Below, in pieces: positions 1 to 17,186 of a stretch of 64,000 nucleotides of DNA. The DNA comes from the human T2T-CHM13v2.0 reference genome, Homo sapiens. Positions within the stretch are counted from its first letter, which is position 1. The number at the start of each line of letters is the position of its first letter. Under the pieces are notes generated by a model. It had not been told where the DNA came from and made no database searches. It worked only from the letters and a program-made list of their open reading frames with translations. Both the position numbers and the translations under genes were made by a program. The stretch is taken from NCBI RefSeq assembly GCF_009914755.1, contig NC_060947.1; one strand, written 5' to 3'.

Positions 1-419
1 AAATGACATTGTGGGTTCTATAAAGCTCTTTTCCTGCTCTCTATCACATCCATAACAACAAGCTCAGTTCTGTAGCCCTATCTTTTCATTCCCTCATTGT
101 TTCTGTCACTTGGGGATTTTCTTTTCTTTCTTGCAAGATCAGCAATATATTTTGCTATTGTTGTACTTTATCCAGGATTTCTAGGAGTTCATAGCACAGA
201 AGTTTAATGTTAATCCAGGCTGCCTTATGTCAGAACAACAACAACAAAAAAATCCCCATTCACTCCTGAACTTACTCTAGTCTCACTTTAAAAATAATAC
301 TTAAAATGTGCTTTTCAAGGACACCAGCCTTGTTCCTATTGAGAAATACAGTGGAAAATTATGTCTATCACGTGATATTGAACTATTCTGAGGTGTCACA
401 TTTATTTGACCACATTCTC

Positions 420-1100
420 CTATTTGCATAACCCTCTGGGCTTTGATCAGAACTGACTTACCCAGCTTTTCCTAATCTGTTATTCTTTCTTTTGCCATCT
501 CGTTTTTTATACTTGACCTTCATGTTGGAATGCACCAGGGTCAGTACTCTGCCTTTCTTTATTCTCCAACTTTATTACATCCTTGTATGATGTGGACTGA
601 ATAATCGCTCCCAAATGTTCACTTCTCCATTGCCTCTAAGAGGATTATTTACTTCTGACCATTGATACGTGGCATGTAGTGCTACCCTGTGGGCAGAGTA
701 TACTCTGCTATTCCATACAACTTGCATTGACTAAGGAAATATGAATAGGAGTGATGAATGCCAATTAGGAGTAGACACATAAAGAGTGACTGTGTGTTTC
801 CACCAAGTCTCTTCCCTATTTTCTCTCTGCTATAAAGTTGGAATTCCCCATTATTAGCTGTTCTTTCAGCCTGATTCTGAGAATGAAGAAAACATGTGGA
901 GCAGGGCTTAACAACGCCAAGCAGAACCACTGTTGTCTCTCTTCCCGCAGGAAATAAACTATTTTGTTGTAGTAAACCATTGGAATGTTGGAGTTGTTTG
1001 GGACTGTAGCATGATATGATATAAATTGACTGCTACAAGAATACACTCATCATTTCAAATTTATTTCTCCAGCCCTAAATTGTCAACTGAGCTGTAGTAT
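420..1100. mobile_element. Degraded LINE-2 fragments flanking the MLT1 LTR at 590-1036
   Basis: L2-like tracts 'catgttggaatgcaccagggtcagtactct...' and 'caaatttatttctccagccct...actgagctg' on either side of the LTR. Confidence 0.45.
590..1036 (+). mobile_element. MLT1-type (ERVL-MaLR) solo LTR
   Basis: Begins 'tgtggactgaataat', has 'aaataaac...ttgttgtagtaaaccattgga' and ends 'aattgactgctaca', typical MLT1 termini. Confidence 0.7.
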
Positions 1101-2446
1101 TATACAAGTAATTATTGATGTTTTACTAGTACAAATGAGATTATGTAGAATGTTATATAATATACAGGATGATGAGCCATTAGGTAAGATAAAAAATGAA
1201 AAATTCTATTTGATAACTGGTCATGGTTTTTTTTAATCATTACAGAGGAGATACCATATGGGAAATGTCATCCATATTGTGGGAGTTAGCACACATTTAG
1301 GGAACTGAAGTTCCTATATTTGTAGGTGTAGCCAATATCCTTTGAATGATGGGAAACATTATACTGTCTGTAAGTTTTCTTTTAGAATGTCCAATGCATT
1401 TACTAATTTCAATAAAACAATTTTATAAACCAAAATTAGTCACTTAAAAGTACATGTTGTGTCTTCAGCTGCCATTGATCCATGCTCATAGGGCAGAGGG
1501 ACATTTTAGAACTATTTTTACATACACTAATCCAATGTGATATATGTTACTTAAGACTACTTAGAGATTAACACTAAGATTTGAATGAAACATGTCATCC
1601 TAATTTACATGTATAGCAGGTGAAAATTATATGTCATATTTTTGAATACAACTGTTAACACAGGTAGGTATGGGTTTTCACCTCAAAATTAGAATTAAAA
1701 CCAGCTTTAACTTTATTTGCATGAACCACTTAAGTAAAATTATCCTGATTCCTTAACATTCAATTTATTTCTATTCATTCATAAAATAATTGAATTATCA
1801 TTCTCGAGCAGTGTATATATACATTAAGTGAAACAAGAACTAAAATATCTTTAAACAGAAAAGTGAGCAATTTAGTCACTCCCATGGGATAGCAGAGGGA
1901 ATAGTGAAGAGATAACTATTGAGAAAGAAAATAATTTATTTTAGAGTATACAGGTAAAGTCACTACCAATATACACTTAAAGCACTGAGCATTATAAACT
2001 GATGCTTTAACTGTTAATATTAAAAATATACTTGTGTTATTTAGTATAATTTTATAAGGTATAACATATCAATAATTTATTAGTGATTCTTAAAGAATAA
2101 ATTATCTCTCTCATGTATAGGTAAGTGTGCACACAATTGTTTTATTCTAAAAAAAGTCAAGTATTTTACAGACATGTAGAAACCAAAAAATATTAAAATA
2201 AATAAACGAGAAAACATGGAAGAAATGAAACTAAAGATAGAGCAATACAAAGTTTAAATGTTCTGGACATTTATTAAAGATCAATTTAATATCAATCAAA
2301 ACAAATAGAGAAACATGATCAGTAATAAATATTATAAAGTAAAATACTCTTGTTATTTTTAAACAAATAGATATCAAGAAACAACTGAAAAATTTCAAGA
2401 TTTTTTAAAAATACTGATACATGAGAGAAATTAATTTGAAAGGCCA

Positions 2447-2856
2447 TTGTGATAATCATTAATGCTATTCTTTGCTATTTGTTTCTCTTCTTCTGAATAC
2501 ATGGAAGCTTGAATCTCCTGGACTGCATAACATTAGGTGGGATGATGTAACTAATTATTATCAATGTTTTTAGTGTAGGTAACATGAGCTACTTCTGGGC
2601 TATAGTATTTAATTGTCAGCATGAAACTGTATAGATTTTTTTTTGTTCCCCTTTGGCTCTGAAATCAGCAATATTTGAGATGGGTGGATGCTTCACCTGT
2701 CTTAGTCTTTGTATGACTACAATGAACAGAGCAACCTCCATTCAATCTGTGATGAGCCTAGAGCCTAAGGGAGAAATGCACATTTTTTATTTTAAGCCAC
2801 TGAGATTTTGGAGGTTGTTTCTTACTGCAGTACAACCTCTCCTATGCTGACTGATA
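2447..2856 (+). mobile_element. MLT1-type solo LTR (old, MLT1J/K-like)
   Basis: 3' end 'ttttaagccactgagattttggaggttgtttcttactgcagtacaacc...ctgactgata'. Confidence 0.7.
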
Positions 2857-3064
2857 AAACCCTCATGCGTATAATCTATGTCCTCAACAACAACCCTATA
2901 AAATGCAATATTTAAAAAAAAGAATATTTCTTCCACTATTCCTTAAGGCAGTCTAGTGTTATAAATAAAATCAATAACAATATAATGATGATTGCCTGGG
3001 GGATCAAAATTCTGTGTCCCCTGCACTCAATTGTCTCATGATTTAATCTAATAATTAACATTTA

Positions 3065-3692
3065 GAGCAGTGCTATATAGTAGATACATAATTAAAAACA
3101 AATAAGAGTAACATATGTGCTGTGATTTCAACGTGTTCACCAAATTTTAAGTGTTAGAAACTTAATCCCCGTTGTAGCAGTATTAAGAGGTGAGGCCTTT
3201 AAGAGGTGATTAGATTCTGAGGGATCTGACCTCGTGAATGAATGAATGCCATTATCAGGGGAGTGGGTTAGTTATCAGGAGAGTAGGCTCCTCATAAAAG
3301 CATAAATTCCAGCTCCTATCATTTCTCCGTCTCACATGCTCACTTGCCCTTCTGCCATATTAAGATGCAGCACAAACACCCTCACCAGATGCTGACACTA
3401 TGATATCACTATGATATTGGACTTACTAGACTCCAGAACCATGAACCAAATAAACTTGTTTTCTTTATAAATTACCTAGTCTGTGGTATTCTGTTATAGC
3501 AGCAGAAAACAGACTTAGACAATATATGAAATTGATTTAAACAATATATCTTTTAAAATCCAATGTTCCCAAAATATCATTTCACCATGTACTCAATATA
3601 AAATATTATGTATTAATATTTACCTTTTCGTACTAAGACTTTGAAATCCAATAGATATTTGACACGTATAACACATCTTATTTCACACTAGC
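3065..3692 (+). mobile_element. MER33-like hAT-Charlie remnant interrupted by an MST LTR
   Basis: 3530-3692 matches recalled MER33 ('caaaatatcatttcaccatgt...tactaagactttgaaatcc...cacactagc'); a probable left part lies at 3065-3117. Confidence 0.5.
3118..3521 (+). mobile_element. MST-family (MaLR) solo LTR
   Basis: 'ttagaaacttaatcccc...gaggtgaggcctttaagaggtgattag' and the end 'ttataaattacctagtctgtggtattctgttatagcagcagaaaacagacttagaca'. Confidence 0.8.
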
Positions 3693-4849
3693 AAGAATAC
3701 AGCATGAAGATATTCTTTGTAGGTGAATAAAAACAAGTCTATATATTTTGTAAATATGTGAAATGTAGGTGTTACACCTTATATAAAAATTGAGTATGCT
3801 AAACTGAAAATCTGCCTGTGCATATGGCAATTCTACTTAGACATAAAAGCTGGCCCAGCAATAACTGTAGCCAGTCAGAATCCACATTTTCCTTTACACA
3901 AAACACTGAGTCTCATTTCATACCAGGACAGATGAGTATTTAGGGTACCAGAATTGTATGGTATAAAGCATAGTCACAATAATTTTAGTTTGGAAAATAG
4001 CTAACCCAGATGTAACCAATTAATTGCGGTCTATGAAACATAAAAATATCCATCAATCATCTATCTAGTTTTAAGTATTGTAATATCTAGTGAATCTCCC
4101 AAGACAATCTGGTTACAGATTATACTCCTAAATAAAAATATTTGACCTACTGTAGAAAGTTGTTAGATATAAATTATGCTTGAGAATGGGTGTTAAAATG
4201 ATTTTTGTTTTAGAAGAGCTAGGTATAAGTCATTGTTTCCGATAATTATAAAGCAGGCAGAGCAATATCCATTCTGTTATCCATCACAATGGATAGGAAA
4301 TACAACGAACACATTCAGAAGTGGTTTTCAGTCAATAACAAATATGTGACAAAGAAGAGAGGAAGGCAGAATACATGGTTTTATTCCATTATGAATTAGC
4401 ACTAGGGCCTGACAAAAGAGTACTTCTCAATCATTTTGACTTTTGCAGAAATTGATATAAGCATAAATAGCTGGGGGCCAATGTTGAATTACTACAGTAT
4501 AACCTTCACAGAAAGTGAAAAAAAAAACTTGTAAAGAACACGAAACATTAAAATATTCAGTGCCTAGTAGATTTCTCTGTGGTGTAGTACAGAATAAAAT
4601 AAAGGTGAGTACTGAAATAACTTTGCCTAAGCCAACCCGATCTTCATATAGAATATTATCCATATAATCCAAAGTAGACTGTCTCTTATAAAAATTAATT
4701 GGACTAGATTGAGCCCTCTCCCACATAAATAATGAAAATCAAGAAATTGGAAAAGATTAAGATTTTCATTTCAATTGATCTTTAAAAAGGCAGGTCCTAA
4801 AGGATAAAATCTCACCAAGTATTTATTTGGTTTAGAAACTTAAATAAAT

Positions 4850-5314
4850 TTATGTTCTGTTTGTTTATTACTTTACAACAAATTACTTCCAAAAGTTATA
4901 GAATGAAACAGCTATTTTATTTTGCTCATGAATCTATCAGTCAGGAATTTTGGAAATGCTTCTTAAGTGATTTTTTCTTGAGGACCTTCATGTGTCAGCT
5001 GAGGCTCCTGTCATATGAAGAATCAACTGGGGTAGGCATCCACCCAAAATGGCTCATTCACAAGGCTGGTAGTTGATGTTGTTAGTTGGCTGGGAGCTTA
5101 GTTAGGGTAGTCAACTAGAACACCTAAAGTGGCCTCTCTAGCATGGTGGTCTTGGGATAGTAATACATTTTACAGGATAGTTGGCTTCTTAATGGCCTAG
5201 TGTTGGAAGTCACATTATTTCCTCTGCATTCTATTGATTAAAGCAGTGCACAGATACAGAAAAGGGGAAATGAACCCCACTTCTCGAAGGGAAGGGCATT
5301 GATAAACTGCCACA
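4850..5314 (-). mobile_element. MLT1-type solo LTR
   Basis: Reverse MLT1 motifs 'aacaaattac...aaacagctattttattttgctcatgaatct...gtcaggaattt' and 'caaaatggctcattcacaaggctgg'. Confidence 0.65.
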
Positions 5315-5335
5315 GCCTAATATATAAAGAAGTAC

Positions 5336-6352
5336 AGTTCCAAGATGGCCAAATAGGAACAGCTATGGTCTGCAGCTCCCAGCATGACTGACACAGAAGA
5401 TGGGTGATTTCTGCATTTCCAACTGAGGTATGTGGTTCATCTCAATGGGACTGGTTGGACAGTGGATGCAGCCCACGGAGGGTGAGCCGAAGCAGGGCGG
5501 GGCATCGCCTCACCCGGGAAGGGCAAGGGGTCGGGGGATTTCCCTTTCCTAGCCAAGGGAAGCCATGACAGACTATACTGGGAAAATTGGGACACTCCCA
5601 CCTTAATACTGCACTTTTCCAACAATCTTAGCAAACAGCACACCAGGAGATTATATCCCACACCTGGCTCGGGGGGTCCCACACCCACGGAGCCTTGTTC
5701 ACTGCTAGTACAGCAGTCCCAAATCGAACAGCAAGGCGACAGCCAGGCTCGGGGAGGGGGGCCCGCCATTGCTGAGGCTTGAGTAGGCAAACAAAGCAGC
5801 TGGGAAGCTCAAACTGGATGGAGCCCACTGCAGCTCAACGAGGCCTGCCCGCCTCTGTAGACTCCACTTCTGGGGGTAGGGCATAGCTGAACAAAAGGCA
5901 GTAGAAACTTCTGAAGACTTAAATGTCCCTGTTTGACAGCTCTGAAGAAAGCAATGGTTCTCCCACCACACTGTTTGAGCTCTGAGAATGGACAGACTGC
6001 CTCCGCAAGTGGGTCCCTGACCCCCATGTAACCTAACTGGGAGACACCTCCCAGTAGCAGCTGACTGACACCTCATACAGCCAGGTGCCCCTCTGAGATG
6101 AAGCTTCCAGAGGAAGGATCAGGCAGCAATATTTGCTGTTCTGCAGCCTTCAATGGTGATACCCAGGCAAACAGGGTCTGGAGTGGACCTCCAGCAAACT
6201 CCAACAGACCTGCAGCTGAGGGATCTGACTGTTAGAAGAAAAACTAACAAACAGAAATGAATAGCATCAACATCAACAAAAAGGACATCCACACCAAAAC
6301 CCCATCTGTAGGTCACCATCATCAAAGATCAAAGGTAGATAAAACCACAAAG
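5336..6352 (+). promoter_or_regulatory. L1 5'UTR internal sense/antisense promoter (CpG-decayed); YY1 site AAGATGGCC at 5342-5350
   Basis: Position and sequence match the L1PA 5'UTR; the YY1 core is visible. Confidence 0.75.
5437..5769 (-). CDS. ORF0: L1 antisense ORF0 homologue, open, 110 aa
   Basis: ATG at 5769; MAGPPPRAWLSPCCSIWDCCTSSEQGSVGVGPPEPGVGY aligns with recalled L1HS ORF0 (MAGAPPPASLPPCSLISDCCASNQRDSVGVGPSEPGVGY); expression is unknown. Confidence 0.55.
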   Translation of the reverse strand: MAGPPPRAWLSPCCSIWDCCTSSEQGSVGVGPPEPGVGYNLLVCCLLRLLEKCSIKVGVSQFSQYSLSWLPLARKGKSPDPLPFPGEAMPRPASAHPPWAASTVQPVPLR

Positions 6353-7378
6353 ATGAAGAGAAACCAGAGCAGAAAAGCTGAAAATTCTAAAAACCAGAAC
6401 ACCTCTTCTCCTCCAAAGGATCGCAGCTCCTTGCCAGCAACAGAACAAAGCTGGATGGAGCATGAATTTGATGAATGGACAGAAGTAGGCTCCAGAAGAT
6501 CAGTAATAACAAACTTCTGTGAGCTAAAGGAGGATGTTTCAACCCATCACAAGGAAGCTAAAAACCTTAAAAAAAGATTAGACGAACGGCTAACTGGAAT
6601 AAAGAGTGTAAACAAGACCTTAAATGACCTGAAGGAGCTGAAAACCATGGCACGGGAACTACGTGATGCATGCACAAGCTTCAGTAGCTGATTTGATCAA
6701 GTGGAAGAAAGGGTATCAGTGATTGAAGATCGAATTAATGAAATGAAGTGAGAAGAGAAGTTTACAGAAAAAAGAGTAAAAAGAAACTAACAAAGCCTCC
6801 AAGAAATATGGGACTATGTGAAAAGACCAAATCCACGTTTGATTGGTGTACCTGAAAGTGACGGGGAGAATGGAACCAAGCTGGAAAACACTCTTCAGGA
6901 TATTATCCAGGAGAACTTCCCCAACCTAGCAAGACAGGCCAATATTCAAATTCAGGAAATATAGAGAACACAACAAAGATACTCCTCAAGAAGAGCAACC
7001 CCATGACACATAATTGTCAGATTCACCAAGGTTGAAATGAAGGAAAAAATGTTAAAGGCAGCCAGAGAGAAAGGTCGGGTTACCCACAAAGGGAAGTCCA
7101 TCAGACTAACAACAGATCTCTCGGCAGAAACTCTACAAGCCAGAAGAGAGTGGGGGCCAATATTCAACATTCTTAAAGAAAAGAATTTTCTACCCAGAAT
7201 TTCATATCCTGCCAAACTAAGCTTCATAAGTGAAGGAGAAATAAAATCCTTTACAGATAAGCAAATGCTGAGAGATTTTGTCACCACCAAGCCTGCCTTA
7301 CAAGAGCTCCTGAAGGAAGCACTAAACATGGAAAGGAACAACAAGTACCAGCCACTGCAAAAACATGGCAAATTGTAA
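6353..7378 (+). pseudogene. L1 ORF1: L1 ORF1p, disrupted by several stops
   Basis: ATG at 6353 (MKRNQSRKAENSKNQ), premature TGA at 6689-6691, C-terminal ARREW and YPAKLS motifs in ORF 7037-7378. Confidence 0.95.
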
Positions 7379-7441
7379 AGACCACTGATGCTAGGAAGAA
7401 ACTACATCAACTAACGGGCAAAATAACTAGCTAACATTATA

Positions 7442-11226
<3,785 letters not shown>

Positions 11227-13789
11227 ACAATGAGAACACTTGGACACAGGGCGGGGAACATCGCACACCAGGGCCTGTCCTGGGGTGGGAGGATGGGGTA
11301 GGGATAGCATTAGGAGAAATACCTAATGTAAATGACGAGTTAATGAGTGCAACAAACCAACATGGCATATGTATACATATGTAACAAACCTGCACATTGT
11401 GCACATGTACCCTAGAACTTAACGTATAGTAATTATATATATAAAGAAGTACTGGAGTGACCAGTCAGAAGGAGATCTACAATAGACAAATGTCAAGATC
11501 ACTGTACTCCTTTAACTAGTACATGAAATAACACTTATCTGCTGGGTAGACATGTTACATACATTAAAACTCTAATTAAATAAGATCTGTTTAACTGTAG
11601 TTCTCAGATGTTTTTCAGTTTATAATTATAATTCACAATTTTATTCTTCTATTTGATTTTGTACAGTTTAGCAGAAGATTTTATAAAATGAAACTTTAAA
11701 GTCTTCACAAACAAATGCCAATTTTTTTATGATTTGAAAAATATAAAACAAACTTTAAAATAACTCATAATGCTGTGGAATATTTTAAAAGTAAATGAAA
11801 TTAAGAAGAAAATAATGCCCTCTATTTTTTCAAATAGTCAATATTATAGTTATTATAGTTCACTGTATATCAATAACATTTATTTTCTATATTTATTTAC
11901 ACTTATATAAATACACTTATTTATATAAAGGTATGAACATAAGTGTATATACTTTAGAATATGAAATAAAGAGAAAAATCAAATTATGCTATATTTTTCT
12001 TGCCTCTTTTTCTCATAATATATGAATTTTTTTCAGATCAGGGCTTACAAATATACCTTATTTCTTTAAATGTTTAGAGTATTTCATTGTGTAAATTTAT
12101 CATAATTTATTTGATCACTCTCATTTGAACAACTTAATTTCATATTTTCACTTAAAAATGGTAAAGTAAAGAAACTGCATCTAATTGTATATCTTCAAGC
12201 TATTACTTCTGAAAGATAGATTTCTAGAAGTAAAAAAGCTCACTTTAAGTTGTGTTTACTTTATTTCATTTTTCTAGATCTTGCTCATTCGCTCTCTTAC
12301 TTCCCAGAAATTGCCTCAATTGATATTCCCACCAACAGTGTCCGATCCACATTTCAAGAGTGGTTATTATCTAAAAAATCTTAACATGCTCAGAATGTTA
12401 AAATGTTTAACAAGTAGTAGTGAGTAAGATTCATAGTCTTTTATTTAACAAGTACTATGACTGATGGAATGTCAGGAAATATTTTTATGTATTTGGATTA
12501 TTTAAAACTTTAATATGGATTTTAAATAACTGTGTTTTAATATTCCTGCACAATGAAACACATAATGTTGCACCTAAAGTAGACTTTGCTGTAAAGCAAT
12601 TTCATTCATTTAAAAATCTTAAAGTTGCATTCAAATGTTTTAATGCAATGGGAATGTTTATCCTTTTAAATATAACTAAAAATAACTCAGCAATTATTTT
12701 GTGTTCTATTCAAGCAGAAATCCAAGAAATATTTGCTGAAACAGAGTCCTAAAAACCTTTTGAAGTTTATATATGGTGTATATACATATGACTTAGTTAT
12801 TTAATTGAAGCTTCATAACAAAATCTTTATAGCTTAAAAATCAAATATTTTCATATTTTTAAGGAAATATAATTTCAATAACTTAAATATACTTTTAAAT
12901 TTTATATTTGGATTATGATTGGTCTAATAATAGGTGTACTATGTTGGCTACAGATATAGAACACTGAAGTATTACTTTTAGAACTATAACCTAAAGTCAA
13001 CCCAACCATATTAATACCTAGATCCTGGGGTTGGTGGTGGTGAGGGGAAATGGATCTAGCTAAATCTAAACATAAGCTACATTGATTGTCAATGTTAAGA
13101 GAATAATGTATTTTAAAAAACGCTTTTATCAAAAATGTAAAACCAAAATGTGGGGAAAAGTCAATGAAATTATGTCTTGGAATATTTTGTTCTACTTTGT
13201 TATAATTTTATAAACAAGGAAAATAGCAATCACTGTAATTTTCTGCATTTTCTCAGTGCTCCTAAACATAATTTTATTAGTGTTCTAGCTGCTAATGTTG
13301 GTTTCACAATCTCCCTGTAAATGAATAATATTCCAATTATTTTGCAGCCATAGACAGTGGTTTGTTCTCAAATTGTTATAATTTAGAATAAATATTTTGT
13401 TTTACTTTTGCAGTTGAGATGTTCTAAGGGGAAGCAATATATTTAATGGAATAATGTATTGAGAGGAAAGGTTCAGAACCAACTCTGTCTTTGCTAGCAC
13501 TTCTGTGTTAATGGCTTCTGAAAAATAAAAATTGATGACAAACTCAAAAATTGTGATTAGATGCTTTTTAAGATTAAATATTCTACCTTCATTAATTCAA
13601 AACAAGCTTCATATCACATAACAAATTCATGTCATTCACAACCCCAACGTCCTAAATGAAAAGCTGCAATATTTAACTTTATATCAATCTACTATTGCAG
13701 TTCAGACTTGTTAATAGAGAAATATCATACAATATTAGTGTATTTGGCTTTATTGTTTTTTTTTAGCGTAAGGGGAATTTTATTGTATT

Positions 13790-15852
13790 ATTTTTTTATT
13801 CCATCTTTTATTTTAGGTTCAAGGGGTGGGGATTTGGTGTACAGATTATTTCTTCATTCAAATAATGTACCCAATAGGTAGCTTTTTGATCCTCACCCTC
13901 CTCCCCCCACCACCCTCAAGTGGGCCCAGTGTATATTGTTCCCTTCTTTGTGTCCATGTGTACTCAATGTTTAGCTCCCCTTTATAAGTGAGAACATGCA
14001 GTATTTGGTGTCCTGTTCCAGTGTTAATTCTCTTAGGATAATGGCCTGCAGCTTCATACATGTTGCTAGAAAGGACATTATTTCATACTTTTTTTGTGGC
14101 TGTGTAAGTATTCCATGGTAAATATGTACATTTTCTTTATCCAGTCCCCCATTGATGAGCACCTAGGTTGATTCCATGTCTTTGCTATTATGAATAGTGT
14201 TGTGACGAACATGGGTTGAATGGTAGCTTTGTTTTAAGTTCCTTGAGAAATCTCCAAACTGCTTTCCACAGTGGCTGAACTAATTTATATTCTCACCAGC
14301 AGTGTATTAAGTGTTCACTGATCTCTGCAACCTTGCAACCTCACCAGCATCTGTTTGTTTTTGACTTTTTAATAACCGCCATTCTGACTGGTGTGAGATG
14401 GTATCTCATTGTGGTTTTGATTTGTAATTCTCGAATAATTATTGATCTTGAACATTTTTATATGCTTGTTGGCCACATGTATGTCTTCCTTTATGAAGTG
14501 TCTGTTCATGTCCTTTGCCCACATTTTAATGGGGTTGTTTGGTTTTTGCTTGTTACTTTGCTTAAGTTCCTTACAGATTATCTATATTAGACCTTTGTTG
14601 GATTCAGTTTGCAAATATATTCTCCCATTCTGTAGGTTGCCAATTGACTCTGTTGATAGTTTACTTGGCTGGGATGACACTTTTTAGTTTAATTAGGTCA
14701 CACTTATCAACTTTTGTTTTTGTTCCAATTGTTTTTGGCATCTTTGCCATGAAATCTTTGCCAGGACCTATCTCTAAAACAGTATTTCTTAGTTTTTTTT
14801 AAAGGGGTTTTGATAGTTTTAGGTTTCCCATTTAAGTCTTTAATTCATATTGATTTGATTTTTGATATGGTGAAATAAAAAGGTCTAGTTTCAATCTTCT
14901 GCATGTAGCTTGACAGTTACCACAGATCAGATAGTTGTGCAGCTTTATTTCTGGGTTCTCTAATCTGCTCCTTTGGTCTGTGTATCTGTCATTGTGCCAG
15001 TACCATGCTGTTTTGGTTAATGTAGCCTTGTAGTATAGTTTGAAGTTAGGTAGCATGATGTCTCTGGCTTTGTTCTTTTTTCTCATGATTGCTTTGGCTA
15101 TGTGGACTGTTTATGGTTCCATATGAAATTTAGAATAGTTTTTTCTAGTTCTGTGAAAATGTCATCAGTAGTTTGCTAGGTATAGCATTGAATCTGTAAA
15201 TTGCTTTGGACAATATGACAATGTTAAGAATATTGATTCTATTCATGAGTAAGGAATGTTTTCTTATTCGTATCATCTCTGATTTCTTTCAGCAGTGTTT
15301 TGCAATTCTCATTGTAAAGATCTTTCACATCCCTGGTTTACTGTATTCCTAGGTATTTTATTTTTTTGTGGCTATTGTGAATGGGATTACATTCTTAACT
15401 TGGCTCTCAGCTTGTATGTTATTTGTGTATAGAAATGCTACTGACTTTTGTACATTGATTTTGTATCCTGGAAGTTTGCTGCAGTTGTTTATCAGATCTA
15501 GGAGCCTTTGGGGAGAGAATATGCAATTTTCTACGTATAGATTCATATTGTCTGGAAAGACAGACAGTTTGGATGTCTTTTATTTCCTTCTCTTAACTGA
15601 TTGCTCTGGCTAAGACTTCCTACAATATTGAATAGGAGTGGTGAGAGTGGGCATCCTTGTCTTCTTCTGGTTCTCAAGGGGAATGGTTCTAGCTTTTGCC
15701 AGTTCAGTATGATGTTGTCTATGGGTTTGTCATAGATGGCTCTTACTATTTTGAGATATGTTCCTTTAACGTCTAGTTTGTTGAGGGTTTTTTAGCATGA
15801 AAGGATGCTGAATATTATCAAAAGCCTTTTCCACATCTATTAAGATGATTAA
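13790..15852 (-). mobile_element. 5'-truncated older L1 (L1PA15/16-like) with several internal deletions
   Basis: Reverse 3'UTR 'gtacccaataggtagc...ccctcaagtgggcccagtgt'; ORF2 remnants ([19 protein letters not shown]) on the minus strand. Confidence 0.88.
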
Positions 15853-16179
15853 GTCAGCCATCTTGGGTCTTCTCTCTTCTGCCATAGCTACCTATAGGCC
15901 CATAGAGAGATCCAGTCCTTATATGGGTTTGTAATTATCTGTTGTTCCTCTGGCTCAAATCAAAGAGGGAACCAGACCAAAAAAGTTAAGGAAAGTTGAG
16001 GAATAGGAAATGCACTCACAAGCCACTTGTGAGAAGGCTGGGTTTTTTTTTAATTATTGCATCTTATATGATACAATTACATGCCTATATATTTTCAATT
16101 TTACATCAATTTAACCTATAATTCTATAAGTACCAACTTGGAAAGCATTCATTAACTTTGTTAGATAATTTTATAGATT

Positions 16180-16350
16180 AGAGACACCATCTGAGGAGTC
16201 CAACTAGACAGCTAGAGAAAGAGGCCTTGCCAGCCCCCAATCATTCCAGCTACCCCATCTTAGATATTCCAGTCCTAGGTGAGTACCCGTGGGAATAAAC
16301 ACCTTGTGAAGCAGATGAACCACCCAGGTGAGCCAAGCCAACCCACAGTA
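16180..16350 (+). mobile_element. MLT1 LTR fragment
   Basis: 'gccagcccccaatcattccagc...gtgaagcagatgaaccacccaggtgagccaagccaacccacag'. Confidence 0.5.
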
Positions 16351-16870
16351 GCAGTTGCCTACCACATGCCAGGCACTGTTTTTGGTAGGGGACTACAGTA
16401 TTGAAGAAAACCAACAAAAGGACTAACTTAATGAACTATATAGATTCTTTGGAGCACTCTGAAAAATGCAAATAAAAATATTTTTAAAATCTATTATGTT
16501 AGTAATGGAGCAATAGAAGTACCAGCACATTTGAGAGCTTGCAAAAACAGTTGGCAAGGAAAATAAAGTCCCCTGATTTTGTAATAGGTACATTTACAAT
16601 GAAAACATTCTGTGAGAATCCTGATTCTATGTGATTCCTAGACAATGAATTGGATAAAAACATGTATCAAAAAACATAAGGGAAATGGACCTTTCTGAAA
16701 CTACTCTTATTATAAAACTGCACCCAACAGACAGCTTTCCACAAAATTCCTGCTTTGAAAAAGGAAGGCTGCTTTGAAAGAGGTTTATGATGACAAGCAG
16801 AATCACTCTCTGAGGCCACACTACACTGACTTCTGCAGGTGTGCTATTTCATGAAATAAACATTGTGATT

Positions 16871-17186
<316 letters not shown>

